DNA of 62,134 nt, taken from NCBI GenBank assembly GCA_964487295.1, contig CAZAQL010000002.1, positions 1 through 62,134 on the forward strand. Direction: 5' to 3'. Source of the DNA: an uncultured bacterium. GTDB lineage: Bacteria > Joyebacterota > Joyebacteria > Joyebacterales > Joyebacteraceae. The notes under the pieces were generated by a model. The model saw nothing but the letters and a program-made list of their open reading frames with translations. It was not told the DNA's origin and ran no database searches. Made by a program: the position numbers and the translations under genes. Within the stretch, counting starts at the first letter, position 1; each line of letters starts with the position of its first letter. Of the stretch, positions 35,180-42,888 are shown piece after piece.

Positions 35180-36193
35180 TCAGCGATAGAGGGCCTTGAT
35201 CGCTCCCCAGCTGGTCTCCTTGACGGGCGAGACGCAGTCCGAACAGGCTCCCACGCCCAGGCCAGATGTCGCCGCTCCGATGTCGGTCCCTCCCTCGCCT
35301 CCACCGACGTTCGGCGAGGTGAAGCATACCTGGTAGTCGTACCCGACATCACCGATGAAGTCACAGTAGAACGGCTCGGCCGATATGTTCCCGTCCGTCC
35401 CGGTCAGATCCGTCAGACCGCCGCCGTACTGCTCGAACTCCCCGCTGATGTAGTCGTTCCAGTAGACGTTCGAGTACTCCACCGATGCCGTTGCCTGATA
35501 CGTATAGATGCCGGTCTTGTGATTGTGCGTGATCGACGAACTCGAGATCGCGACCGACCCGCCGAAAAGCTTCACGCCGTAGTCGAAGTTCCCGACGATC
35601 GTCACGTGGTCGAGCGTGATCGGACTGGCGCCGTTCATGAAGCTGTACACCCCGTGATGCCCGCCGCGCGCGATGATGGTCTCCTCGACGAGCGGCGCGC
35701 AGTCCGCGCGGCACAGAATGCCCGTCGATGACTCCTCGATCGTCACCTCGCGGATATGCGGAGAGGCGTTGTCGAGACAGCTGATGGCGGCGCGCAGGTC
35801 CCTGCCGTCACCGTCCGACTGAATGCGCTCGCCGACGTCCACGCCGCCGATGATCGTCATGTTGATGATCTTCGCGTCGTTGCCCACGTCGAGACAGAGC
35901 ACCCCGTAGTCGGCCATCGTGTGGTCGATCACCGCATCATCCCGGTCGATCCCCTGCAGGACCACTCCGTCCTTGAGCTCGCAGATGGCCGAGCGCGTGC
36001 CGATCGGCGTCGGGAAGAAGTACACGCTGTCGTAGACGCCCGCGTAGACGAGCACGGTGTCCCCGACATCCGCGAGGTTCATGCCCTGCTGGATCGTCTC
36101 GATGTCGAGATCCTCGTCCGGCACCTCAATGGTGGCGGCTGATCCGGCCGAGGCCAGAAGCCCGACGAAGAGGATCACAAGGAGAGAACGCAT
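35180..36193 (-). CDS. Secreted right-handed parallel beta-helix repeat protein
   Basis: ATG 36193 directly after GAAGGAGGAG. Signal peptide MRSLLVILFVGLLASAGSAA. Beta-helix repeats include IINMTIIGG, IREVTIEES, LVEETIIARGG, LDHVTIVGN and the terminal motif GNISAEPFYCD...DYQVCFTSP. The protein ends ...CSDCVSPVKETSWGAIKALYR. Confidence 0.75.
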   Translation of the reverse strand: MRSLLVILFVGLLASAGSAATIEVPDEDLDIETIQQGMNLADVGDTVLVYAGVYDSVYFFPTPIGTRSAICELKDGVVLQGIDRDDAVIDHTMADYGVLCLDVGNDAKIINMTIIGGVDVGERIQSDGDGRDLRAAISCLDNASPHIREVTIEESSTGILCRADCAPLVEETIIARGGHHGVYSFMNGASPITLDHVTIVGNFDYGVKLFGGSVAISSSSITHNHKTGIYTYQATASVEYSNVYWNDYISGEFEQYGGGLTDLTGTDGNISAEPFYCDFIGDVGYDYQVCFTSPNVGGGEGGTDIGAATSGLGVGACSDCVSPVKETSWGAIKALYR

Positions 36194-36264
36194 CTGCTCC
36201 TCCTTCACGCTGCTGAGAGGTTCGTGGATTCTCCGGTCGCTGAACCAGGATAGACTTCAACTTG

Positions 36265-36293
36265 ACCATAGACGATGCTGAACGCCGTGTCAA
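36265..36293 (-). promoter_or_regulatory. Sigma70-type promoter candidate for the beta-helix protein gene
   Basis: Minus strand reads TTGACA (36293-36288), then 17 nt, then TATGGT (36270-36265), about 70 nt upstream of ATG 36193. Confidence 0.55.
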
Positions 36294-36355
36294 CCTCGGG
36301 GTGAAGCCCGGAGTGCCGGCACCCGTCCCCGTCCAGGGGACGCCCGAGGGCGGGG

Positions 36356-37531
36356 CTATCGCCACACGCCGTCCACAGCGGCGCCGCAGGACGAGCACGC
36401 CCCGTCGGACATACCCAGGACATCAACCGCATAGCCGATGCGGTGGATGAGCAGCTCTCCGCAGGACGGGCAGTACGTGCTGTTCGCCTCGTGGCCCGGC
36501 ACGTTGCCGATGTAGACGTAGCGCAGCCCCTCCTCGCTCGCGATGCGGCGGGCGAGCTCCAGTGTCTCGACGGGGGTCGGCGCCACATCCGTCAGCTGGT
36601 ACTGCGGATGGAAACGCGAGAGGTGCAGCGGGACGTCGGGGCCGAGGTGATCGCGGATCCAGGCGCACATCGCGCGGAGCTCCTCCGGATCGTCGTTCCC
36701 GCCCGGCACGATGAGTGTCGTCAGCTCGAGGTGGATCCGCTCGTCACTCAGAACCTCGAGCGAGCGCAGCACCGGCGCCAGGCTCCCGCCCGTCATCTCA
36801 CGGTAGTACTCCTCGGAGAAACCCTTCAGGTCGATGTTCGCTGCATCGAGGTAGCGGCAGAGCTCTCTGAGCGGCTCCTCCTCGATGAAGCCGTTGGAGT
36901 GGTAGACATTGCGGAGACCGCGTTGGTGGGCGGCGCGCGCGCAATCGAGCATGTACTCGTAGAAGATCGTCGGCTCGGAGTATGTGTACGCGATGCTCGC
37001 GCTCCCGCTTCGGGCCGCGAGCTCGACGAGGTGCTCGGGCGCGAGTTCGTAGTTGAACGTCTGCTCGGGGCGGCTCTGGGAGATGTGCCAGTTCTGACAG
37101 AATCTGCAGTCGAGATTGCAGCCGGCCACGGCGATCGAGAACGCCGTAGTCGTCGGGAGGTAGTGGTAGAACGGTTTCTTCTCTATCGGATCGACGTGCA
37201 CTGCGCACGGGTTGCCGTACGTGAGCGTGTAGTACGTCCCACCGCGGTTCTCCCGAACGCCGCAGAAACCCCGCCCCCCCTCGGGGACGACGCAGCGACG
37301 CGGGCAGAGCGCGCACCGCACAGCGCCGTCCTCGAGCGGCTCCCAGTACATCGCCTCCCGCGGCTCGACGAACCCGTCGGACCCGTCCCCCGGACCCGAG
37401 GTCGCGAGTCCGACGACCCCCAGGACGACGACCGCGAGAGCCAGCGCGAGAAGCGTTGCCGCTCTCCGGCGCACGCGAGGTCCCTCCGGACCCGCCGTCC
37501 CGCTCCCTGACCTCCACGTCCGGTCGATCAC
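36356..37531 (-). CDS. AmmeMemoRadiSam system radical SAM enzyme
   Basis: MYWEPLEDGAVRCALCPRRCVVPEGGRGFCGVRENRGG and the CX3CX2C motif in VAGCNLDCRFCQNWHIS. GTG 37531 (GTGA overlap with the upstream stop) adds RVRRRAATLLALALAVVVLGVVGLATSG. ATG 37351 is the conservative start. Confidence 0.85.
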   Translation of the reverse strand: MIDRTWRSGSGTAGPEGPRVRRRAATLLALALAVVVLGVVGLATSGPGDGSDGFVEPREAMYWEPLEDGAVRCALCPRRCVVPEGGRGFCGVRENRGGTYYTLTYGNPCAVHVDPIEKKPFYHYLPTTTAFSIAVAGCNLDCRFCQNWHISQSRPEQTFNYELAPEHLVELAARSGSASIAYTYSEPTIFYEYMLDCARAAHQRGLRNVYHSNGFIEEEPLRELCRYLDAANIDLKGFSEEYYREMTGGSLAPVLRSLEVLSDERIHLELTTLIVPGGNDDPEELRAMCAWIRDHLGPDVPLHLSRFHPQYQLTDVAPTPVETLELARRIASEEGLRYVYIGNVPGHEANSTYCPSCGELLIHRIGYAVDVLGMSDGACSSCGAAVDGVWR

Positions 37532-39168
37532 CGAAGTCCCAGCTCCTTCTCGCTGAACACCTCCGCCGAGAAACGCTCGATGGCGATGTCCGGGTCGCCC
37601 CACACACCGGGCGGCAACCCGGCCTTGACGCAGGTCTGATCGAGGAAGGTCTCGCGATCCCACCCGCGCTCGGACGCAACCTGGGGAAGCAGCAGCCCGC
37701 TCCTCCCGCGCCCTCTGATCACGAGCCCGTCACGACCGACGACGATCTCCGAGGGATCCTCAACCGGTGAAAGCGGCGACAGGACCGAGATCTCGATCTC
37801 GATGTCCTCGAGTTCGTCCTCCGTCACCGCCGGGAAGCGCGGATCGTGAAGCGCTGCCTGCACGGCCATGTCGGAGACGGTCTCGTGGAGCGGCTTGACG
37901 GCGACGACGTAGCCGATGCAGCCCCTGAGGCGCCCGCGCTTGTCGAGCGTCACGAACCCTCCACACGGCGTGCGGAGCGCCGGCGTCGTCTGCTCGAGCC
38001 GCGGCAGGGCCTCGCCGCGGACGGCCGCCTCCACGGTGGCCCGCGCGAACCTCAGGAGCATCATCCGCTCCTCTCGACCCAGCCCCTCGTACGGCCGTTC
38101 CTGCGGGCTCGAACCGACGCCCGCGTCCTCGCGCGTCTCGCTCGATGCGTCTCCGCCGACGTCGCCGGATGCCTCTTCGCCGGCGTCGCCCGATGCGTCT
38201 CCGCCGACGTCGCCGGAGGTCTCGCCTCCGTCGGCCCCCGAGCGGGTCAGCACGGCCGCCAGGTAACCGACCACCTGGCTCATGTCACCAGATGTGTCGC
38301 CAGAGGTCGCGTAGCGCACCACGTCGCTCCGGTCGGCGCCGAGATGGCGGGAGACCATCATCACGACGGCCATCGGGCCGCCGCCGCACGCCTCGCAGCG
38401 CCCTGCGGCGAGGTCCTCCAGGAGGCCCTCGGGGTCGAACGCCGCGACCCGGTCGATCACGACCTGATCGAGCGCGTTGGCGCGCGCCTGCTCGTGGTAG
38501 TGCGACAGGTCGGTGCTCGCCACGAGCAGCACGCGCCTCGACGAGGACTCGACGGCGCGAGCGATCGCGCCCGCCAGCGCCCGGACCGTGGACTCGCTCT
38601 GATCGCCCATGACGATGGGCACGATGGCAAACTCCCCGAGCGCCCGCTGCAGGAACGGCACCTGGACCTCGAGCGAGTGTTCCTGCGAGTGGGCACCGGC
38701 GCGGCAGGCGAAGGCATCCCCGCTCGCGCGGATCGCGTCCGCCAGCGCGCCGTCGACCGGCACCCTTCCGAGCGGGGTCTCGTAGGCGTCGCCGTCGTAG
38801 ACCGAAGCGCCGCGGAAGGCCGCGCGGTGCGACGGGGCCACGACGATGACCGAGTCGAATGCGTGTCCCGCGACCCGTGCGTAGGCCTCCCCCGCCACGG
38901 CGCCCGAGTAGACATATCCTGCGTGCGGCGCGATGACGGCCACGACCTCGCCCGAGACCCCGGCCGTCTCCGCCGCGTCCAGGTATCCGTCGATGGTCGA
39001 AGCGAGCTGCCCGGGGTCCCCGGGATAGAAGGTCCCGGCGACCACCGGGGTTCTCACGCTCTCATTCCGTGCATCCATCTCGTCCTCGCTTCCTCCGGCA
39101 CACGCGGGAAACGTCGCCGCCGCGAGCAGGATCGCGGCCGCGGCCCACGTCGCTCTCCGTCCCATCAT
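37528..39168 (-). CDS. Fused AmmeMemoRadiSam system protein B (Memo) and protein A (AMMECR1)
   Basis: Start MMGRRATWAAAAILLAAATFPACAGG (ATG 39168). Memo motifs are VAGTFYPGDPGQL and VIAPHAGYVYSG. A D/G/S repeat linker follows. AMMECR1 motifs are CGGFVTLDKRGRLRGCIGY and DPRFPAVTEDELEDIEIEISVLSPL. Confidence 0.85.
   Translation of the reverse strand: MMGRRATWAAAAILLAAATFPACAGGSEDEMDARNESVRTPVVAGTFYPGDPGQLASTIDGYLDAAETAGVSGEVVAVIAPHAGYVYSGAVAGEAYARVAGHAFDSVIVVAPSHRAAFRGASVYDGDAYETPLGRVPVDGALADAIRASGDAFACRAGAHSQEHSLEVQVPFLQRALGEFAIVPIVMGDQSESTVRALAGAIARAVESSSRRVLLVASTDLSHYHEQARANALDQVVIDRVAAFDPEGLLEDLAAGRCEACGGGPMAVVMMVSRHLGADRSDVVRYATSGDTSGDMSQVVGYLAAVLTRSGADGGETSGDVGGDASGDAGEEASGDVGGDASSETREDAGVGSSPQERPYEGLGREERMMLLRFARATVEAAVRGEALPRLEQTTPALRTPCGGFVTLDKRGRLRGCIGYVVAVKPLHETVSDMAVQAALHDPRFPAVTEDELEDIEIEISVLSPLSPVEDPSEIVVGRDGLVIRGRGRSGLLLPQVASERGWDRETFLDQTCVKAGLPPGVWGDPDIAIERFSAEVFSEKELGLR
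38143..38217. repeat. Direct repeat (27-nt core, 48-nt period) in the Memo-AMMECR1 linker
   Basis: cgatgcgtctccgccgacgtcgccgga occurs at 38143-38169 and 38191-38217. It encodes SGDVGGDAS repeats. Confidence 0.8.
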
Positions 39169-39181
39169 GCTCGCTCCCGCG

Positions 39182-40786
39182 TTAGAGCCCGGACCCGCCC
39201 GGGATGACCGTGTCGCGACCGTAGCGCTCATCGTCCCGCTCCGGGTAATCCTCCATGGAATGAAGCCCGCGCGACTCCAGACGGCTGAGCGCGCAGCGGA
39301 TGACGAGTTCCCCGACGAGTGAGATGTTCCGAAGCTCGATGAGATCGGCGTTGACCGGGTAGCGCGTGTGGTAGTCCATGACCTCTCGCCGGATGGCGGC
39401 CATGCGCTCGACGGCGAGCTCAAGCCGGCGCTGCGTTCTCACGATGCCGACGTAGTCCCACATGAGACGACGCACGACGTCCCAGTTGTAGTCGATCAGC
39501 ACGCCCTCGGGCACCGGACCCGCCTCGCGTCCACTCCACTCCTGGTGCTCCGCGCGATCCCGTGCCTCGCGACGCGCGTCGAGCTCGTCGATCGCCGTAC
39601 GCGCCGCGCGTTCGCTGAACACGACGGCCTCCAGAAGCGAGTTGCTCGCCAGTCGGTTCGCGCCGTGCATCCCCGTGTGCGCCGTCTCCCCGCACGCGTA
39701 GAGCCCCGGGAGACTCGTGCGGCACTCCATGTCGATCTCGATGCCGCCGCAGAGATAGTGGGCGGCCGGCACCACCGGTATGGGCTCTTTCGTCATGTCG
39801 ATGCCGAGTTCGAGAAGCCGGCCGGAGATCCCGGGAAAGCGTCGCCGGACCCGGTCCGGCTCGATGTGGGTGATGTCGAGATAGACGTGCTTGTCGCCCG
39901 TCTGTTTCATGGTCCGGTCGATGGCCCTCGCCACGATGTCGCGCGGCGCGAGTTCCTTCCGCGGATCGACCCCCTCCATGATGCGGTCCCCGGAGAGACT
40001 CAGAAGGACGGCCCCCTCGCCGCGGACAGCCTCCGAGATCAGGAAGGAGCGCACCTCCGGATGGTAGAGACACGTCGGATGGAACTGCACGAACTCCATG
40101 TTCCGCACGGCGACGCCGGCCCGAAACGCCATGGCTATGCCGTCCCCGGTGGCGATGTCGGGGTTCGTCGTGTACATGTAGACGCGGCCGCACCCGCCCG
40201 TCGCGAGGACGGTCACGGCGGAGACGAGCGTCCTGACCCTCTCGGCGCGCTCGTCGAGCACGTGGACCCCCACACAGGATCGCCGGGCCCCCTTGCCGGT
40301 CGTGATGAGATCGAGCGCGATGTGGTCTTCGAGAACCTCGACGTTCGGATGGCGGTCGACGGCCTCGAGCAGCGAGGACTCGATCTCCCGACCGGTCATA
40401 TCGGCCGCGTGCACGATGCGGCGCTCCGAGTGTCCTCCCTCGCGACCGAGCGCGAGCTCCGTGCCTCCCGAATCGTCGTCTGCGGTGGTGAACTCGGCGC
40501 CCCACTGCGTGAGTCGCCGGACCGCGTCGGGGCCGCCGCGTACGGCGATCTCGACGGCCTCCCGGTTGCACAGACCGATTCCCGCCGCCATCGTGTCCTC
40601 GATGTGCCGTTCGAAGGAGTCCTCGCGAGCGATGACCGCGGCGATGCCGCCCTGGGCGAGGTTCGTCGCGGACTCCGCGTCGTCCTTCTTCGTGACGACC
40701 AGGACGCGACCGCGCTCCGCCGCATTGAGCGTGAACGTCAGTCCGGCGATGCCGCTGCCGACCACGATAAAATCGTACTGGTCCAC
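39182..40786 (-). CDS. nadB: L-aspartate oxidase
   Basis: MDQYDFIVVGSGIAGLTF (FAD dinucleotide motif), LAQGGIAA, HPTCLYHP, GLYACGETAHTGMHGANRLASNSLLE. Confidence 0.92.
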   Translation of the reverse strand: MDQYDFIVVGSGIAGLTFTLNAAERGRVLVVTKKDDAESATNLAQGGIAAVIAREDSFERHIEDTMAAGIGLCNREAVEIAVRGGPDAVRRLTQWGAEFTTADDDSGGTELALGREGGHSERRIVHAADMTGREIESSLLEAVDRHPNVEVLEDHIALDLITTGKGARRSCVGVHVLDERAERVRTLVSAVTVLATGGCGRVYMYTTNPDIATGDGIAMAFRAGVAVRNMEFVQFHPTCLYHPEVRSFLISEAVRGEGAVLLSLSGDRIMEGVDPRKELAPRDIVARAIDRTMKQTGDKHVYLDITHIEPDRVRRRFPGISGRLLELGIDMTKEPIPVVPAAHYLCGGIEIDMECRTSLPGLYACGETAHTGMHGANRLASNSLLEAVVFSERAARTAIDELDARREARDRAEHQEWSGREAGPVPEGVLIDYNWDVVRRLMWDYVGIVRTQRRLELAVERMAAIRREVMDYHTRYPVNADLIELRNISLVGELVIRCALSRLESRGLHSMEDYPERDDERYGRDTVIPGGSGL

Positions 40787-40823
40787 GGACTCCTCCCCTC
40801 GACCCCCGCCGTCCGGCGGGCCG

Positions 40824-41750
40824 TCACGAGAGCTCGAGCATCCTGTCCAGCGCCCGGCGAGCGCCGGCGAGGACGTCCTCCGGAACGGTCACCTCGTACC
40901 GCTCGTGTTCGAGCGCCCAGGCGAGCCTCGGCAGATCGGTCATCTTCATGTTCCTGCAGACAGCGAACGCCGACAGCGGATAGAAGCTCCGCTCGGGGTA
41001 CTCGCGGTTCATCCGCTCCACCAGCCCGATCTCCGTGCCGACGATCAGCTCTTCGTGTTCCTGAGCGAGTCGCATCATCCCCTCCGTCGACGCGACGTAG
41101 TCCGCCTCCTCCACGACGGCGGGCGGCGATTCTGGGTGAACGACGATCGGCACCCCCGGGTGCTCGCCGCGGGCGAGTTCAACGTCCTCGATGACGAACA
41201 TGTTGTGAACGTAGCAGTGGCCCTGCCAGAGGATGACACGCTTGCCCGTCTTCGACGCGACGTAAGAGCCGAGATTCCTGTCCGGCACGAAGATGACGGT
41301 GTCCGAGTCGAGAGCCTCGACGATCCGCACGGCGTTGGATGAAGTGCAGCATACGTCGCTTAAGGCCTTGACCTCCGCCGACGAATTGACGTAGGTCACG
41401 ACGGGCACGCCGGAGTACTCCTCCTTCATCCTGAGGACCGCGTCCGCCGTCGCCATGTCCGCCATCGGACAGCCGGCGTCCTGCGAGGGGATGATCACGC
41501 GTCTCGTCGGGTTCAGGATCTTCGCGCTCTCGGCCATGAAGCGCACGCCGCAGAGCACGATGAGCTCCGCGTCGGTCTCCGTGGCGAGCTGCGCGAGCCG
41601 GAGCGAGTCACCGAGGTGATCGGCCACGATCTGAACCTTGGGGACCTGGTAGTTGTGGCCGAGGATCACGGCCCGCTTCTCCCTCTTGAGCGTCCTGACG
41701 CGGTCGGACACCTCCTCGACCGGCAGTGCTGCGTACTCCTCAAGCTTCAT
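40824..41750 (-). CDS. nadA: Quinolinate synthase
   Basis: RAVILGHNYQVPKVQIVADHLGDSL, FMAESAKILNP, VTYVNSSAEVKA, and the conserved Cys in AVCRNMKMT. Confidence 0.92.
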   Translation of the reverse strand: MKLEEYAALPVEEVSDRVRTLKREKRAVILGHNYQVPKVQIVADHLGDSLRLAQLATETDAELIVLCGVRFMAESAKILNPTRRVIIPSQDAGCPMADMATADAVLRMKEEYSGVPVVTYVNSSAEVKALSDVCCTSSNAVRIVEALDSDTVIFVPDRNLGSYVASKTGKRVILWQGHCYVHNMFVIEDVELARGEHPGVPIVVHPESPPAVVEEADYVASTEGMMRLAQEHEELIVGTEIGLVERMNREYPERSFYPLSAFAVCRNMKMTDLPRLAWALEHERYEVTVPEDVLAGARRALDRMLELS

Positions 41751-42888
41751 CCCTTTTCCCCCGTGCGAGTGCCTCCGCGAGCGTCTCGCGGACGCAGCGT
41801 TCGCCGCGTGTCACCTCGACGTCGATGCCGACGGCCACCAGGGAGACGCTCGGACGCCATCCCCGAAGACGGACCGCGTCCTTCTCGGTGGTCAGGACGA
41901 CGCTCGCATCGAGTCTCCTGATGTCCGCGTCCAGCCCGGCAATGTCATCGTCGGTGAACTCGTGGTGATCGGCGAACCCTCGAAGACCGACGAGCTCGAA
42001 GCCCAGATCCCGGAGCGACGCCGCGAAGTCCTCGGGGTCAGCGATGCCGGCCACGGCGAGCGCCCGCTCGCCGCGGACATCCGACGCCCGGACCGTGCGC
42101 CCGCTCGAAACATCCCAGAGCTCAGCGAGCCGCATGCGGGTCTCGACCAGGGGCGCTCCGGGCGCAAGAGCGGCGGCGATGCGGCGCACCGAGTCCGCGC
42201 CCCCGCTCCGGTCGCATCGCGTCGCGATGACAAGCCCCGCCCGGGCTATGCCCTGTGGATGCTCCCGGAGCGGTCCGGCGGGAAGCAGGTGGCCGTTGCC
42301 GACCGGCGACCTCGCGTCGACCGCCACGATATCAAGGTCCCGGGCCAGTTGCACATGCTGCAACCCGTCATCAAGCAGTATAACACCAGCTCCGAGCTTG
42401 TCCACCGCGAGCCGGACGCCGTCGGCACGACGCGCCGCCGCGACGACTCCCGCTCCCCGCGCCAGCATCGCCAGGAGAACGGGCTCGTCGCCCGCCTCGC
42501 GCCAGCCGGTCAGAGCGCGCTCTCCGCGCGAGACGATGACGGGAGCCGCGCCCGATCTGCCGTACCCCCGACTCACGATGACGACCCGATGACCGTCCTT
42601 CACCAGCAGCCGCGCCAGGTAGACCACGAGCGGCGTCTTGCCGGTCCCACCGACCACGAGGTTGCCGACCGAGATCACGGGCACGTCGGCGACGACCGCC
42701 CGACTCGCTCGCACGCGCATCACGACGAAGGAGACCACGCCGTAGAGAATCGACGACAGCACGAGGAGCCAGACCGCGTAGAGCCCGGGCGGAGTCACCG
42801 GCCTCCGTCCGTACGCCACGTCTCGCCACCACGCGGCGAGCCGCCGCGACGTGCCCGCGCGGTTACCTGCTTCTCCTCGCCTCGTCAA
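41740..42888 (-). CDS. lpxK: Tetraacyldisaccharide 4'-kinase
   Basis: VISVGNLVVGGTGKTPLVVYLARLL P-loop and VVIVSRGYGR. 11-nt overlap with nadA. Confidence 0.88.
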   Translation of the reverse strand: MTRRGEAGNRAGTSRRLAAWWRDVAYGRRPVTPPGLYAVWLLVLSSILYGVVSFVVMRVRASRAVVADVPVISVGNLVVGGTGKTPLVVYLARLLVKDGHRVVIVSRGYGRSGAAPVIVSRGERALTGWREAGDEPVLLAMLARGAGVVAAARRADGVRLAVDKLGAGVILLDDGLQHVQLARDLDIVAVDARSPVGNGHLLPAGPLREHPQGIARAGLVIATRCDRSGGADSVRRIAAALAPGAPLVETRMRLAELWDVSSGRTVRASDVRGERALAVAGIADPEDFAASLRDLGFELVGLRGFADHHEFTDDDIAGLDADIRRLDASVVLTTEKDAVRLRGWRPSVSLVAVGIDVEVTRGERCVRETLAEALARGKRDEA

